Below, piece after piece: positions 1 through 9,226 of a stretch of DNA of 64,000 bases. The notes beneath the pieces were generated by a model. That model was not told where the DNA came from, made no database searches, and saw only the letters and a list, made by a program, of their open reading frames with translations. This DNA comes from Proteobacteria bacterium UBA5680 (GTDB lineage Bacteria > Pseudomonadota > Gammaproteobacteria > Arenicellales > UBA5680). The DNA lies in the NCBI GenBank assembly GCA_002420425.1, contig DIIC01000017.1, positions 12,052-76,051 on the forward strand, in the 5' to 3' direction. The position numbers and the translations under genes are program-made. How positions within the stretch are numbered: the stretch's first letter is position 1; each line of letters opens with the position of its first letter.

Positions 1-117
1 GCCGAAGAGACTCCGGCAGCAACCAGTGAGACAGCTGTTGAAAAAGTGGAGACTGCCAGTGAAGAGGCTGAAAGTGAAACTGCAGAAGATAGTGACGAGG
101 AGGATAAAGCAACATGA
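1..117 (+). CDS. rpsF: 30S ribosomal protein S6, C-terminal fragment (gene starts upstream of window)
   Basis: Frame 1 is open from the window edge to TGA 115-117. The tail [38 protein letters not shown] is the acidic low-complexity type seen at S6 C-termini. The stop overlaps the rpsR ATG (ATGA), and rpsF-rpsR-rplI is the expected order. priB is not formally excluded. Confidence 0.5.
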   Translation, partial: AEETPAATSETAVEKVETASEEAESETAEDSDEEDKAT

Positions 118-374
118 AAAGGAATGAAAAATCACGGTCAGGTGGACCTCGCCAGAGAAAATTTCGTAAACGCAAGTTTTGCCGCTTTACTGCAGAAGGA
201 ATTACTTCAATTGATTATAAGGATCTCTCGCTATTGAAGGCCTATGTGAGCGAGTCAGGCAAGATCATCCCTAGCCGCAATACAGGAACTAAGGCGCGTT
301 ACCAACGCCAGTTAACGACTGCAATCAAGCATGCTCGTTTTCTTGCACTTATTCCATACAGTGACAGTCACTGA
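114..374 (+). CDS. rpsR: 30S ribosomal protein S18
   Basis: 86-aa [42 protein letters not shown]...[20 protein letters not shown] matches the S18 signature. It lies between the S6-like tail and rplI. Confidence 0.95.
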   Translation: MKRNEKSRSGGPRQRKFRKRKFCRFTAEGITSIDYKDLSLLKAYVSESGKIIPSRNTGTKARYQRQLTTAIKHARFLALIPYSDSH

Positions 375-395
375 TTCTTTAGAGGTAAATAGATC

Positions 396-917
396 ATGCA
401 GATAATTCTTCTGGAGAAGATTGGAAACCTGGGTGACCTGGGTGATGAGGTCAAAGTGAAGGCCGGTTATGCGAGGAATTACCTTATCCCTCATGGGAAA
501 GCAGTCCGCGCGACTGAAGAGGCCAAGGCCAAGGTTGAAGAGCGCCGTAAAGAGCTGGAGATTATTGCGGCTGAAAAAATGAGCGAATCAGAAAAGCGAG
601 CTGCAGGTGCAACAAAAGCAATCACCTTGAAGCGACGGGTTGCCGATGCGGATGGCAAGCTTTTTGGGTCGGTGACAGCTTCTGATATCGCTGAGGCAAT
701 GAGTGAAGAAGGAACGGAAATATCACGTTCTGAACCACAGATGCCTGATGGTCCTCTAAAACAACTTGGTGATTATGAGATCGAAGTGATTCTGCAAGCC
801 GACGTTCGCTTTGGAGTGACTGTCTCGGTCGTCAGCGATGGTGATATGCCTGTTGTCGAAAGCCCTGAAGAAGATGACCAACAGGACGATGAGAGTCAGC
901 CTCAGGAGGGTGAGTAG
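396..917 (+). CDS. rplI: 50S ribosomal protein L9 (with acidic C-terminal tail)
   Basis: 173-aa ORF. MQIILLEKIGNLGDLGDEVKVKAGYARNYLIP is the L9 N-domain. About 25 extra acidic residues at the C-terminus (PVVESPEEDDQQDDESQPQEGE). Confidence 0.95.
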   Translation: MQIILLEKIGNLGDLGDEVKVKAGYARNYLIPHGKAVRATEEAKAKVEERRKELEIIAAEKMSESEKRAAGATKAITLKRRVADADGKLFGSVTASDIAEAMSEEGTEISRSEPQMPDGPLKQLGDYEIEVILQADVRFGVTVSVVSDGDMPVVESPEEDDQQDDESQPQEGE

Positions 918-1002
918 CCACTAACGCACCATAAAATAAGCTGGGTTGTCCGGATTTCATCATTGGATAATCAATGGCAAAAAAGAACGGGTTTTTAAAA
1001 AA

Positions 1003-1027
1003 GGTGGTCTTGTGACCACCTTTTTTT
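1003..1027 (+). terminator. Rho-independent terminator after rplI (possibly bidirectional)
   Basis: GGTGGTC-ttgt-GACCACC hairpin (1003-1020), followed by T7 (1021-1027) and preceded by an A-run. It lies in the rplI-dnaB spacer. Confidence 0.7.
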
Positions 1028-1077
1028 GGTTGATATGGCCGTTACTGCTGGAATATGGGTTAAGATAACTGCTGGGG

Positions 1078-2487
1078 TTGTCTTCAACTTATTTCAGGCC
1101 GGATTACGAAAGGAGAGGGGCAGGAGAGATGGGTGAGGGGTTAAAACTTCCGCCGCAAGCTTTGGAGGCAGAGCAATCAGTGCTCGGTGGCCTCCTGATC
1201 AATAATCTGCCTTGGGAGGAGGTGGCTGAGACCATCACTGCAGATGATTTCTATAGCCAGAATCACCGTCAAATCTTTACCGCTCTTCAGAGTCTGTGTG
1301 GAAGCGGCCAACCTGCCGATGTCGTCACCGTATCCGAGCGTCTCGGACAGACCGGGGAGATAGAAGATGTGGGCGGTCTCGCCTACCTCGGCTCCCTTGC
1401 CCATAACACTCCCAGTACAGCCAATCTAATTGCTTATGCCAAAATTGTTCATGAACGTGCGGTTCTTCGTAAATTAATCAATGCTGCCAACGAAATCATC
1501 AACACCGCCTTTCACCCTGAAGGAAGAACCTCTGATGAGGTGTTGGACCATGCGGAGAAGGTGGTGTTTGATATTGCCCAGCACTCAATACGACGGGGAG
1601 CCGGTTTTCGAGATATTGCCGGATTGCTGACTGAAGCGGTCGATCGAATTGAGGAACTTTATGGTTCAGACCAGACGGTCACCGGGCTGGCCACGGGTTT
1701 TTCAGACCTCGACGAGCTGACTTCGGGATTGCAACCCTCGGATCTGATCATTGTTGCCGGTCGTCCCTCTATGGGCAAAACCTCTCTTTCGATGAATATT
1801 GTAGAAAATGTCGCTGTTGGGTTAAAGAAACCCGTTGCCGTCTTCAGTATGGAGATGCCGGGCCAGCAGTTGGCCATGAGGATGATGTCGTCTCTGGGTC
1901 GAATCAATGCTCAGAAAATCAGGACGGGCAGGTTGGCGGATGAGGATTGGCCAAGATTGACTTCAGCCGTTGAACTGCTCAACCAGGCTCCCATCTTCAT
2001 TGATGATACGCCAGGACTGACCCCCCTCGAACTGCGTTCTCGAGCCAGACGGTTACAGCGTCAACATGGTGAGCTGGGGTTGCTGGTGGTTGACTATCTC
2101 CAGTTGATGCAGTCTATTGACTCCTCTGAAAATCGGGCTACAGAAGTTTCAGCAATGACCCGAGCCCTGAAGATGCTGGCGAAAGAGTTGAACATCCCTG
2201 TTATTGTGATGTCTCAGTTAAACAGAAGCCTTGAGCAACGCCCCAATAAAAGACCGGTCATGTCTGATCTAAGAGAGTCGGGCGCGATTGAGCAGGATGC
2301 TGATGTTATCTTTTTTATCTACCGTGACGAAATTTATAACGAGGAGAGTGAAGACAAAGGCATCGCTGAGGTGATTATTGGAAAGCAGCGAAATGGACCG
2401 ACAGGGACTGTCCGCATGACTTTTCTGGGTGAGTACACTCGTTTCGAAAATTATGCGAGTCCTGCCTATGACTCAAACTTCGGATGA
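1078..2487 (+). CDS. dnaB: Replicative DNA helicase DnaB
   Basis: 469-aa ORF with LKLPPQALEAEQSVLGG N-domain, Walker A GRPSMGKTS, SQLNRSLEQR and GKQRNGPTG motifs. The TTG start at 1078 is uncertain; ATG 1129 is an in-frame alternative. Confidence 0.95.
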   Translation: MSSTYFRPDYERRGAGEMGEGLKLPPQALEAEQSVLGGLLINNLPWEEVAETITADDFYSQNHRQIFTALQSLCGSGQPADVVTVSERLGQTGEIEDVGGLAYLGSLAHNTPSTANLIAYAKIVHERAVLRKLINAANEIINTAFHPEGRTSDEVLDHAEKVVFDIAQHSIRRGAGFRDIAGLLTEAVDRIEELYGSDQTVTGLATGFSDLDELTSGLQPSDLIIVAGRPSMGKTSLSMNIVENVAVGLKKPVAVFSMEMPGQQLAMRMMSSLGRINAQKIRTGRLADEDWPRLTSAVELLNQAPIFIDDTPGLTPLELRSRARRLQRQHGELGLLVVDYLQLMQSIDSSENRATEVSAMTRALKMLAKELNIPVIVMSQLNRSLEQRPNKRPVMSDLRESGAIEQDADVIFFIYRDEIYNEESEDKGIAEVIIGKQRNGPTGTVRMTFLGEYTRFENYASPAYDSNFG

Positions 2488-3557
2488 CATCCTGTACTGT
2501 TGCCAGGATCAATCATGATGCGCTAAAGCATAATCTCGCGCGGGTTAGGGGGCTTGCACCGAAAAGCAAGGTGATGAGTGTGGTCAAGGCAGAGGGCTAT
2601 GGACATGGTGCACTGCAGACAGCCCGTACTCTGGCCGATTCTGATGGTTTCGCTGTGGCCCGTATGGGCGAAGGGGTTTCGTTGCGAAAAGGCGGAGTGG
2701 ATGCGCCAATCATTGTATTGTCCGGTTTCTTTTATCGTGATGACCCTGCAATCTGTCGGCAATATCAGTTACAGCCGGTCATCCACTGCGCCCATCAATT
2801 GCAGCTTGTTTGTCAAGATAAGGGTAGAGACCCTGTGGATGTATGGTTGAAAGTGGATTCTGGGATGCACAGGGCAGGATTTGACCCAGATGATGTCGAA
2901 GAGGCATTACGGGCTCTACGAGTCACACCCGGGGTCGGGAAGATCTCTCTGATGACCCATTTCTCAAGTGCCGATGATCTTGATGACACTGCAACAGGGC
3001 AACAGATTGAATGCTTCAACGCCACCGTCAAAGGGTTCAAGTTGGAGTGTAGCCTGGCAAACTCTGCAGGCGTTATGGGGTGGCCTGAGAGTCATGCCGA
3101 GTGGGTGAGGCCTGGGCTGATGTTGTATGGGGCTTCGCCCCTGAAGGGGCAAAGTGCTGAGGAACTCGGTTTACGACCGGTGATGACTCTCGAATCCACT
3201 TTGATCGATAGGCGAGAGTTCAATCGAGGGGAGAGCGTTGGATATGGGAAAACCTGGCAATGCCCGGAGGCGATGCCGATTGGTCTTATAGAGTGTGGTT
3301 ATGGCGATGGTTATCCACGAGTGCTCTCTCAACAGGCAGAGGTCCTTGTGGGCGGTCATCGGGCGAAGATCATTGGAAGGGTCTCGATGGATATGATCTC
3401 AATTGACCTCAGGGGACTGCCTGAGGTGAGTGCAGGAGACCCGGTAATACTCTGGGGAGAGGGCCTTCCGATTGAAGAGATTGCCGCAGCAGCAGGGACC
3501 ATCAGCTATGAGCTTATGACCAAGGTAACCACCAGGGTGATGGCTGATCGTGGCTAA
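2484..3557 (+). CDS. alr: Alanine racemase
   Basis: 357-aa ORF with the PLP-lysine motif VVKAEGYGHG and C-terminal SYELMTKV. The ATG overlaps the dnaB stop (ATGA). dnaB-alr adjacency is common. Confidence 0.9.
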   Translation: MTSCTVARINHDALKHNLARVRGLAPKSKVMSVVKAEGYGHGALQTARTLADSDGFAVARMGEGVSLRKGGVDAPIIVLSGFFYRDDPAICRQYQLQPVIHCAHQLQLVCQDKGRDPVDVWLKVDSGMHRAGFDPDDVEEALRALRVTPGVGKISLMTHFSSADDLDDTATGQQIECFNATVKGFKLECSLANSAGVMGWPESHAEWVRPGLMLYGASPLKGQSAEELGLRPVMTLESTLIDRREFNRGESVGYGKTWQCPEAMPIGLIECGYGDGYPRVLSQQAEVLVGGHRAKIIGRVSMDMISIDLRGLPEVSAGDPVILWGEGLPIEEIAAAAGTISYELMTKVTTRVMADRG

Positions 3558-4911
3558 ACGCTCTACTGTTTTTTCATGTACTGAGTGCGGTGCCCAATTC
3601 CCAAAGTGGGCGGGACAGTGTTCTGATTGTGGCAAGTGGAATACTCTCGAAGAGGAGATCCTCCAGCGAGCAGGAAGTGGAAAGGGGGATCGGTATTCTG
3701 GTCTGAACTCCTCGGAGACGGTAACAAGCCTTGATTCAGTTGTCGTTGATGAGATGGTCCGCCGCAATACAGGGATCTCTGAGTTTGATCGCGTTCTTGG
3801 CGGCGGCCTGGTCGCGGGATCAGTGATATTGATCGGGGGAGACCCCGGCATTGGCAAATCGACACTTCTCCTTCAGGCGCTCGCCAAGCTGGCAACAACT
3901 GACAAGGTTCTCTATGTCACAGGAGAAGAATCGACACAGCAAGTGGCGCTCAGAGCGAAACGGCTCGGAGTCTCGGATTCAAAAGTCCGGCTTCTGGCGG
4001 CAACGAATATCGATCTGATCCTGCAGACGGTGATCAAGGAACAGCCGGATGTTGTGGTCGCAGATTCAGTGCAGACACTCTTTTCTGATGCTCTGCAGTC
4101 AGCACCAGGAAGTGTCGCACAGGTTAGAGAGAGTAGTGCCCACCTTGTACGGTATGCCAAACAGACCGCAACCACCGTTATTCTGGTAGGGCACGTCACC
4201 AAGGAGGGACATCTGGCAGGGCCACGAGTACTTGAGCATATGGTGGATGCAGTGCTCTACTTTGAAGGCGATCGAAGCTCCAGCTTTCGTCTTGTTCGGG
4301 CGATCAAGAATCGCTTTGGAGCAGTCAATGAGCTTGGCGTTTTTGCCATGGTCGAAGAGGGCCTGCGTGAAGTCACTAATCCTTCTGCCATGTTTGTCCG
4401 TCGTGAAAGCGCTGCTGCAGCGGGAAGTGTCATCCTCGCCACCCAAGAGGGAACACGCCCCCTGCTGGTTGAAGTACAGGCCCTTGTCGATGCCTCTCCA
4501 CTGGCTAACCCTCGTCGTCTCTGTGTCGGTTTGGAACAGAACAGGATGGCGATGTTGTTGGCCGTTCTTCACCGGCATGGTGGCTTTTCTCTTTATGATC
4601 AGGATGTTTTTGTCAATGTTGTTGGCGGTGTGCGTGTGGTTGAGCCCGCGGCAGACCTGGCTCTTCTTGCTGCAGTTGTTTCAAGCCTGCGTGACAAGAG
4701 GGTGGCACATGGTACGGTTATTTTTGGTGAGGTGGGGCTCTCTGGAGAGATCAGGCCGGTACAACGGGGTCAGGAGCGATTGAAGGAGGCCTCCAAGCTC
4801 GGTTTTACTCGAGCGATAATCCCAAAAGGGAATCAACCAAAGGAGAAGATTGATGGTTTGGAGGTGCTTGCACTGCCAAGAGTTGATCAGGTCTTGCAAC
4901 AACTGTTTTGA
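3550..4911 (+). CDS. radA: DNA repair protein RadA
   Basis: 453-aa ORF (GTG start). N-terminal zinc ribbon CTECGAQFPKWAGQCSDCGKWNT, Walker A GGDPGIGKST, KNRFG motif, Lon-like C-domain. Confidence 0.95.
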   Translation: MAKRSTVFSCTECGAQFPKWAGQCSDCGKWNTLEEEILQRAGSGKGDRYSGLNSSETVTSLDSVVVDEMVRRNTGISEFDRVLGGGLVAGSVILIGGDPGIGKSTLLLQALAKLATTDKVLYVTGEESTQQVALRAKRLGVSDSKVRLLAATNIDLILQTVIKEQPDVVVADSVQTLFSDALQSAPGSVAQVRESSAHLVRYAKQTATTVILVGHVTKEGHLAGPRVLEHMVDAVLYFEGDRSSSFRLVRAIKNRFGAVNELGVFAMVEEGLREVTNPSAMFVRRESAAAAGSVILATQEGTRPLLVEVQALVDASPLANPRRLCVGLEQNRMAMLLAVLHRHGGFSLYDQDVFVNVVGGVRVVEPAADLALLAAVVSSLRDKRVAHGTVIFGEVGLSGEIRPVQRGQERLKEASKLGFTRAIIPKGNQPKEKIDGLEVLALPRVDQVLQQLF

Positions 4912-4970
4912 CATAAGTCAGGGTTGCTGGAGCCTCAGGTTGCTTCCAAACGTTCTCTGCCTGCTGAGGT

Positions 4971-5534
4971 TTGATTAACAAAACTAGTGAGGAGGGGTTG
5001 GCTTTTAATCCAAAAAGCTTAATCTATAATATTATGAAAAAAATGATGCAACAGTTAGATAATAAAACAAATCTAACATTTATTCTGATTCTGTTCTGGG
5101 CCCTTTTCTGGTTAATCAGCAGCAGTAAACTCTATCTCAATGGGGCTTTTTTCCCGTGGATGGGGATATCCGCTGATATTGCTCAACTCTTTCTCTATCT
5201 GATTGTAATTGGAGAGGCGGGATTGGCACTACTGTTCATATCACTCATTGTCTGGGGAAAAAGCCCCTCCCATAAACCTTACGTCGAGTCTGGATGGAGA
5301 GTGCTCTATCTCGACAGAATCATGCATCGGGTTGCCTTTAAACTAACGGTACTGCTGTTTATCTTGTTCTCACTTTTTGATTTGATTAATGGCGATCGAT
5401 CAGAGCTTTTTGGAGATGGGGTCTATCTACTGCTCTCCCTGGTGAGCTACGATATCTGGTTCAGAACAGATCAGTATTCGATGGATCAGATGCAGCGGAT
5501 GGAGATGCAGGCTGACAAGGCACACCGTCTTTAA
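4971..5534 (+). CDS. Hypothetical membrane protein (about 4 predicted TM helices), AT-rich
   Basis: 187-aa ORF with several long hydrophobic stretches (FILILFWALFWLI, LFLYLIVIGEAGLALLFISLIV, LTVLLFILFSLF, VYLLLSLV). No family recognised by eye. Start uncertain (TTG 4971, TTG 4998 after GAGGAGG, or ATG 5034). Confidence 0.5.
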   Translation: MINKTSEEGLAFNPKSLIYNIMKKMMQQLDNKTNLTFILILFWALFWLISSSKLYLNGAFFPWMGISADIAQLFLYLIVIGEAGLALLFISLIVWGKSPSHKPYVESGWRVLYLDRIMHRVAFKLTVLLFILFSLFDLINGDRSELFGDGVYLLLSLVSYDIWFRTDQYSMDQMQRMEMQADKAHRL

Positions 5535-5628
5535 GGCCTGTGCACCCCTACAGTCTCGCTTTTACCGAAGTAGGCTAATCTATTCTTGATCCCTGTTGGA
5601 AGGGTGCTCAAGCCAGGCCGGGACTTCT

Positions 5629-6450
5629 TTATATAGCTCTTAAAAGTTCATTGATGCCTACTTTGCTTCGGGTTCTGTCATCAACCTGCTTAACGATTAC
5701 TGCGCAATAGAGGCTGTAACTTCCATCATCAGAAGGTAGTGAGCCCGAGACAACCACAGAACCTGCGGGGATTCTTCCGTAACTGATCTCCCCTGTTTCG
5801 CGGTTGAAGATGCGAGTGCTCTGGCCAATAAAAACACCCATCGAAATGACAGATCCCTCCTCAACAATGACGCCTTCAACAACCTCACTTCGTGCCCCTA
5901 TAAAACAGTTGTCCTCGATGATGGTTGGCCCTGCCTGCAGTGGCTCAAGAACACCTCCGATACCGACACCTCCGGAGAGGTGGACATTCTTGCCAATTTG
6001 AGCACATGAACCCACCGTTGACCAGGTGTCGACCATGGTTCCCTGATCAACATAAGCGCCTATATTGACATAGCTTGGCATGAGGACCACGTTTGGGGCA
6101 ATAAAAGAACCTTTCCTGGCTGTAGCAGGGGGGACCACTCTGAACCCACCCTGTCTCATCTCTTCCTCGCCATAATCTGCAAATTTAGTTGCTACTTTAT
6201 CGAAGTAGTGGGTATAGCCATCACGAATGATTTGGTTATCTTCAATACGGAATGAGAGCAGGACTGCTTTTTTTAGCCACTGGTTGACTACCCAGTCATC
6301 ATCAGATTTTTCAGCGACACGGCATTTGCCGTGATCAAGAAGCTCAATCGCCTCATGCACCGCCTCACGTACTTCAGGGGTTACATTTGCAGGCTCGATC
6401 TGATGTCGTTCCTCAAACGCTGTTTCAATAACTGTTTGCAGGTTTTCCAT
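5629..6450 (-). CDS. dapD: 2,3,4,5-tetrahydropyridine-2,6-dicarboxylate N-succinyltransferase
   Basis: 273-aa ORF, near-collinear by eye with E. coli DapD (IETAFE...[34 protein letters not shown], hexapeptide repeats, KVGINELLR). Confidence 0.95.
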   Translation of the reverse strand: MENLQTVIETAFEERHQIEPANVTPEVREAVHEAIELLDHGKCRVAEKSDDDWVVNQWLKKAVLLSFRIEDNQIIRDGYTHYFDKVATKFADYGEEEMRQGGFRVVPPATARKGSFIAPNVVLMPSYVNIGAYVDQGTMVDTWSTVGSCAQIGKNVHLSGGVGIGGVLEPLQAGPTIIEDNCFIGARSEVVEGVIVEEGSVISMGVFIGQSTRIFNRETGEISYGRIPAGSVVVSGSLPSDDGSYSLYCAVIVKQVDDRTRSKVGINELLRAI

Positions 6451-6472
6451 TGCTCATTCTCCAGGTGGTAGT

Positions 6473-6488
6473 CCTCACCATGGTGAGG
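6473..6488. repeat. Perfect 16-bp palindrome CCTCACCATGGTGAGG in the glnD-dapD spacer (function unknown)
   Basis: Read directly; it is identical to its reverse complement. It lies 45 nt downstream of the glnD stop and 23 nt upstream of the dapD ATG, just 5' of the dapD GGAGAA Shine-Dalgarno on the minus strand. Confidence 0.8.
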
Positions 6489-6532
6489 TTCAATTGAGTT
6501 CATCAATCTCCAAAAGAGTGAAACTGCGGAGG

Positions 6533-9226
6533 CTACTGGGTGAGGCGTCCGGAATCAAGATATTTAGAGAGATCCAGTCGAGTTTTGATGGTGTTCACCA
6601 ATTGTTCACGGGCTTTGCCTTCAGGGATTGGCAGATTATCCCGATCTGTAATGAAGAAGACGTCTTCAGCCCGCTCTCCAAAAGTGGTGATTCGGGCGTG
6701 ATCTAATTTGAATTTACTCTGTAACAAAGCAAGTGCAATCTGCTTTAAGAGGCCGGGTCGATCTTGTGCCTCAACCTCCATTATTGTGTGGTCTCCACCC
6801 GGAGACTCTGAGAACTCAACCTTGGTGGGCACAGGAAAGGAGCGAGCTGCCCTGGAGAGGGTGATGCGCCGTGGACTCTCATAATCTTCCGAGGTAATTA
6901 GCTGATTACGAAGTTGTTTGGTGCTGTGGTCAAGTTTGGACTGATCTTCAATCATCTCACCGCTTTGAGTGAGTACGGCAAAGGTCATTAGAGAGAGGCC
7001 AGTTCTGGTTGTATGAATTCGGGCATCAACAATATTGAGCCTGAGTCGATCAAAACCGCTGGTTGCCCTCAACAGCAGATCTTCTGCATCAGGGGCACAG
7101 ATTAGAAACTGGTTTGCACCAACATCTATGGTATGACGAGCGGTAACCAGAGGGAGGGTGACGGCACTTGTCCTGATGATCATCTTGGCATGCCAGGCAA
7201 TGGCATCGGCATCATAGCGAACAAAATAGTCATCGGCGATATGGTCCCAGAAATCGATTACCGCGGTCATATCTGTCTCACTGGAATCGAGTTGTGACAA
7301 CGCATCCTTTTTGATCTCTTCAACTCGTTGACCCAGCTGTGTCGGGTGCTGAAGACCATGGCTTAAGAGGCGGGTTGTGGCGGCATAGAGCTCTGCAAGA
7401 AGCCGGCCCTTCCAGGTATTCCATACTTTTGGACTGGTCCCGCGCAGATCAGAGATGGTCAAAAGGTAGAGGTTGTCCAGATGGGCCTGGTCACCGACAA
7501 TCTGTGCAAACTCAAAGATCACTTCTGGATCTGCAATATCTTTTCGTTGAGCCGTCCACGACATGATCAGGTGGTGACGGACCAGCCAGGAGACAAAATG
7601 AGCATCATAATCACTGAGGTCGTGTTGCTTACAAAAGGTATAAGCATCTTGTTCACCGAAGACCGAATGGTCTCCACCACGCCCTTTGCCAATATCATGA
7701 AACAGGCCGGCCAGATAGAGACGTTCTTTCTTGAATATATGACCCATTAGATCACTTGCTTCAGGGAGTTCACTCCGGTGTGAATGAACGCTCAGGCGTC
7801 GCAGGTTTCTAAGTACAAAGAGGCTGTGCGCATCAACAGTATAGACATGAAAGAGGTCAAACTGCATCTGACCGACAATATTGCCAAAAACTGGGATATA
7901 GGCGCCAAGAACACCATAGGCATTCATTCTTCTGAAGGCATGGGTTTGTCCATTGGGCTGACGCAGGATCTCCATAAACAGAGTACGACAGCCAAGGTCT
8001 TTCCTGAAATTAGCATCGATGAGCCCTAGATTGGTTCGCATCTGCCGAAGGGTGCTGGCACGTATCCCCTTTATTTCGGGGTGTTGTTGAAGAACCAGAA
8101 AGATCTCAAGAAGGCTAGAGGGGGAGCTGCTGAAGGTGTTGGGGTTGCGGGTCTCAAGGAATCCATCTACAACCCTGAAGCGGCGGTTAATCGTTTTTGG
8201 CGATCTTCTCCCTTTTGAGAGGATGGCCTCCTGGAAGTGCTGGAGGAGGATCTCATTGAGTAATCGGAGCTCCTTTACTGTTCTGAAATACTTCTTCATC
8301 AGCTGTTCTACAGCCAGATGGGACTGGGTATCTTCATACCCCATCTGCTGGGCAAGGACTTTTTGATGGTCAAACAGTAATCGGTCTTCTCCGCGACCGG
8401 TCAGGAAGTGGAGGCCATTTCGAATTCGCCAGAGAAAATTCCTTCCCCGAATCAGAGTTCGATACTCTTCTTCAGTAAGAAACTGATGATCCAAAAGATC
8501 CTGAAGTGAATTACTCCCAAAATAGCGTCGAGTCACCCAGCCGATCATATGGATATCTCTCAGTCCACCAGGCCCCTCTTTGATATTAGGTTCCAGGTTG
8601 TACGCGGTGTCATGAAATCTAAGGTGGCGGGCGATCTGCTCTTCCCATTTTGCAGTGAAGAACTGTCTGACCGGCCAGATCCTGGGGGGCGCATTTTTTT
8701 CCAGCATCATTTTGGTGAGGTCAGGGTCACCCTGAAGGTGTCTCGATTCCATCAAGTTGGTGGCAACAGTAATGTCGTTGCGCGATTCTGAAATACACTC
8801 CTTGATGGAGCGAACACTATGGCCCACCTCAAGTCCAATATCCCAAAGAAAGCGGATAAAGTGTTCAATGAACGTTTTGGCTTCTTTATTGGGAGAGCGT
8901 TGCAGGAGAATCAATATATCCACATCAGAGGCTGGGTGAAGTTCGCCTCTCCCATAGCCGCCACAAGCAACCAGAGCCATTATCCTGGGGGTGTCATATT
9001 CGAGAGTCAGTCGTCTCCAGGAGTGTTCCAGAAGATGGTCAACCAGCCAGGCATTGAGAGTGATAACCTCTGCCGCATTACCTCCCTCTAAGTGGTAGCC
9101 CTTCAGGGCTTCCTGTCCACGGAAGAGGGCCTCTTTAAAAACCGTTATGGGATGATCGGTTGACTCCAGTTCATGCTTGAACCGGGGCTTATCAAAAACC
9201 TTTGACTTGGCAAGATGGCTGGTCAT
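6533..9226 (-). CDS. glnD: [Protein-PII] uridylyltransferase / uridylyl-removing enzyme
   Basis: 897-aa ORF with nucleotidyltransferase motif ACGGYGRGELHPASDVDI, HD domain (LFHDIGKGRGGDHS) and C-terminal ACT-like repeats. map-glnD-dapD synteny. Confidence 0.95.
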   Translation of the reverse strand: MTSHLAKSKVFDKPRFKHELESTDHPITVFKEALFRGQEALKGYHLEGGNAAEVITLNAWLVDHLLEHSWRRLTLEYDTPRIMALVACGGYGRGELHPASDVDILILLQRSPNKEAKTFIEHFIRFLWDIGLEVGHSVRSIKECISESRNDITVATNLMESRHLQGDPDLTKMMLEKNAPPRIWPVRQFFTAKWEEQIARHLRFHDTAYNLEPNIKEGPGGLRDIHMIGWVTRRYFGSNSLQDLLDHQFLTEEEYRTLIRGRNFLWRIRNGLHFLTGRGEDRLLFDHQKVLAQQMGYEDTQSHLAVEQLMKKYFRTVKELRLLNEILLQHFQEAILSKGRRSPKTINRRFRVVDGFLETRNPNTFSSSPSSLLEIFLVLQQHPEIKGIRASTLRQMRTNLGLIDANFRKDLGCRTLFMEILRQPNGQTHAFRRMNAYGVLGAYIPVFGNIVGQMQFDLFHVYTVDAHSLFVLRNLRRLSVHSHRSELPEASDLMGHIFKKERLYLAGLFHDIGKGRGGDHSVFGEQDAYTFCKQHDLSDYDAHFVSWLVRHHLIMSWTAQRKDIADPEVIFEFAQIVGDQAHLDNLYLLTISDLRGTSPKVWNTWKGRLLAELYAATTRLLSHGLQHPTQLGQRVEEIKKDALSQLDSSETDMTAVIDFWDHIADDYFVRYDADAIAWHAKMIIRTSAVTLPLVTARHTIDVGANQFLICAPDAEDLLLRATSGFDRLRLNIVDARIHTTRTGLSLMTFAVLTQSGEMIEDQSKLDHSTKQLRNQLITSEDYESPRRITLSRAARSFPVPTKVEFSESPGGDHTIMEVEAQDRPGLLKQIALALLQSKFKLDHARITTFGERAEDVFFITDRDNLPIPEGKAREQLVNTIKTRLDLSKYLDSGRLTQ

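Noticed and set aside
3399-4783. Several 100-180-aa alternative-frame ORFs inside radA (3399-3857, 3563-3898, 4099-4578, 4232-4783).
   Set aside because: They overlap an intact, motif-complete radA and translate to Arg/Pro/Ser-rich nonsense typical of off-frame reading.
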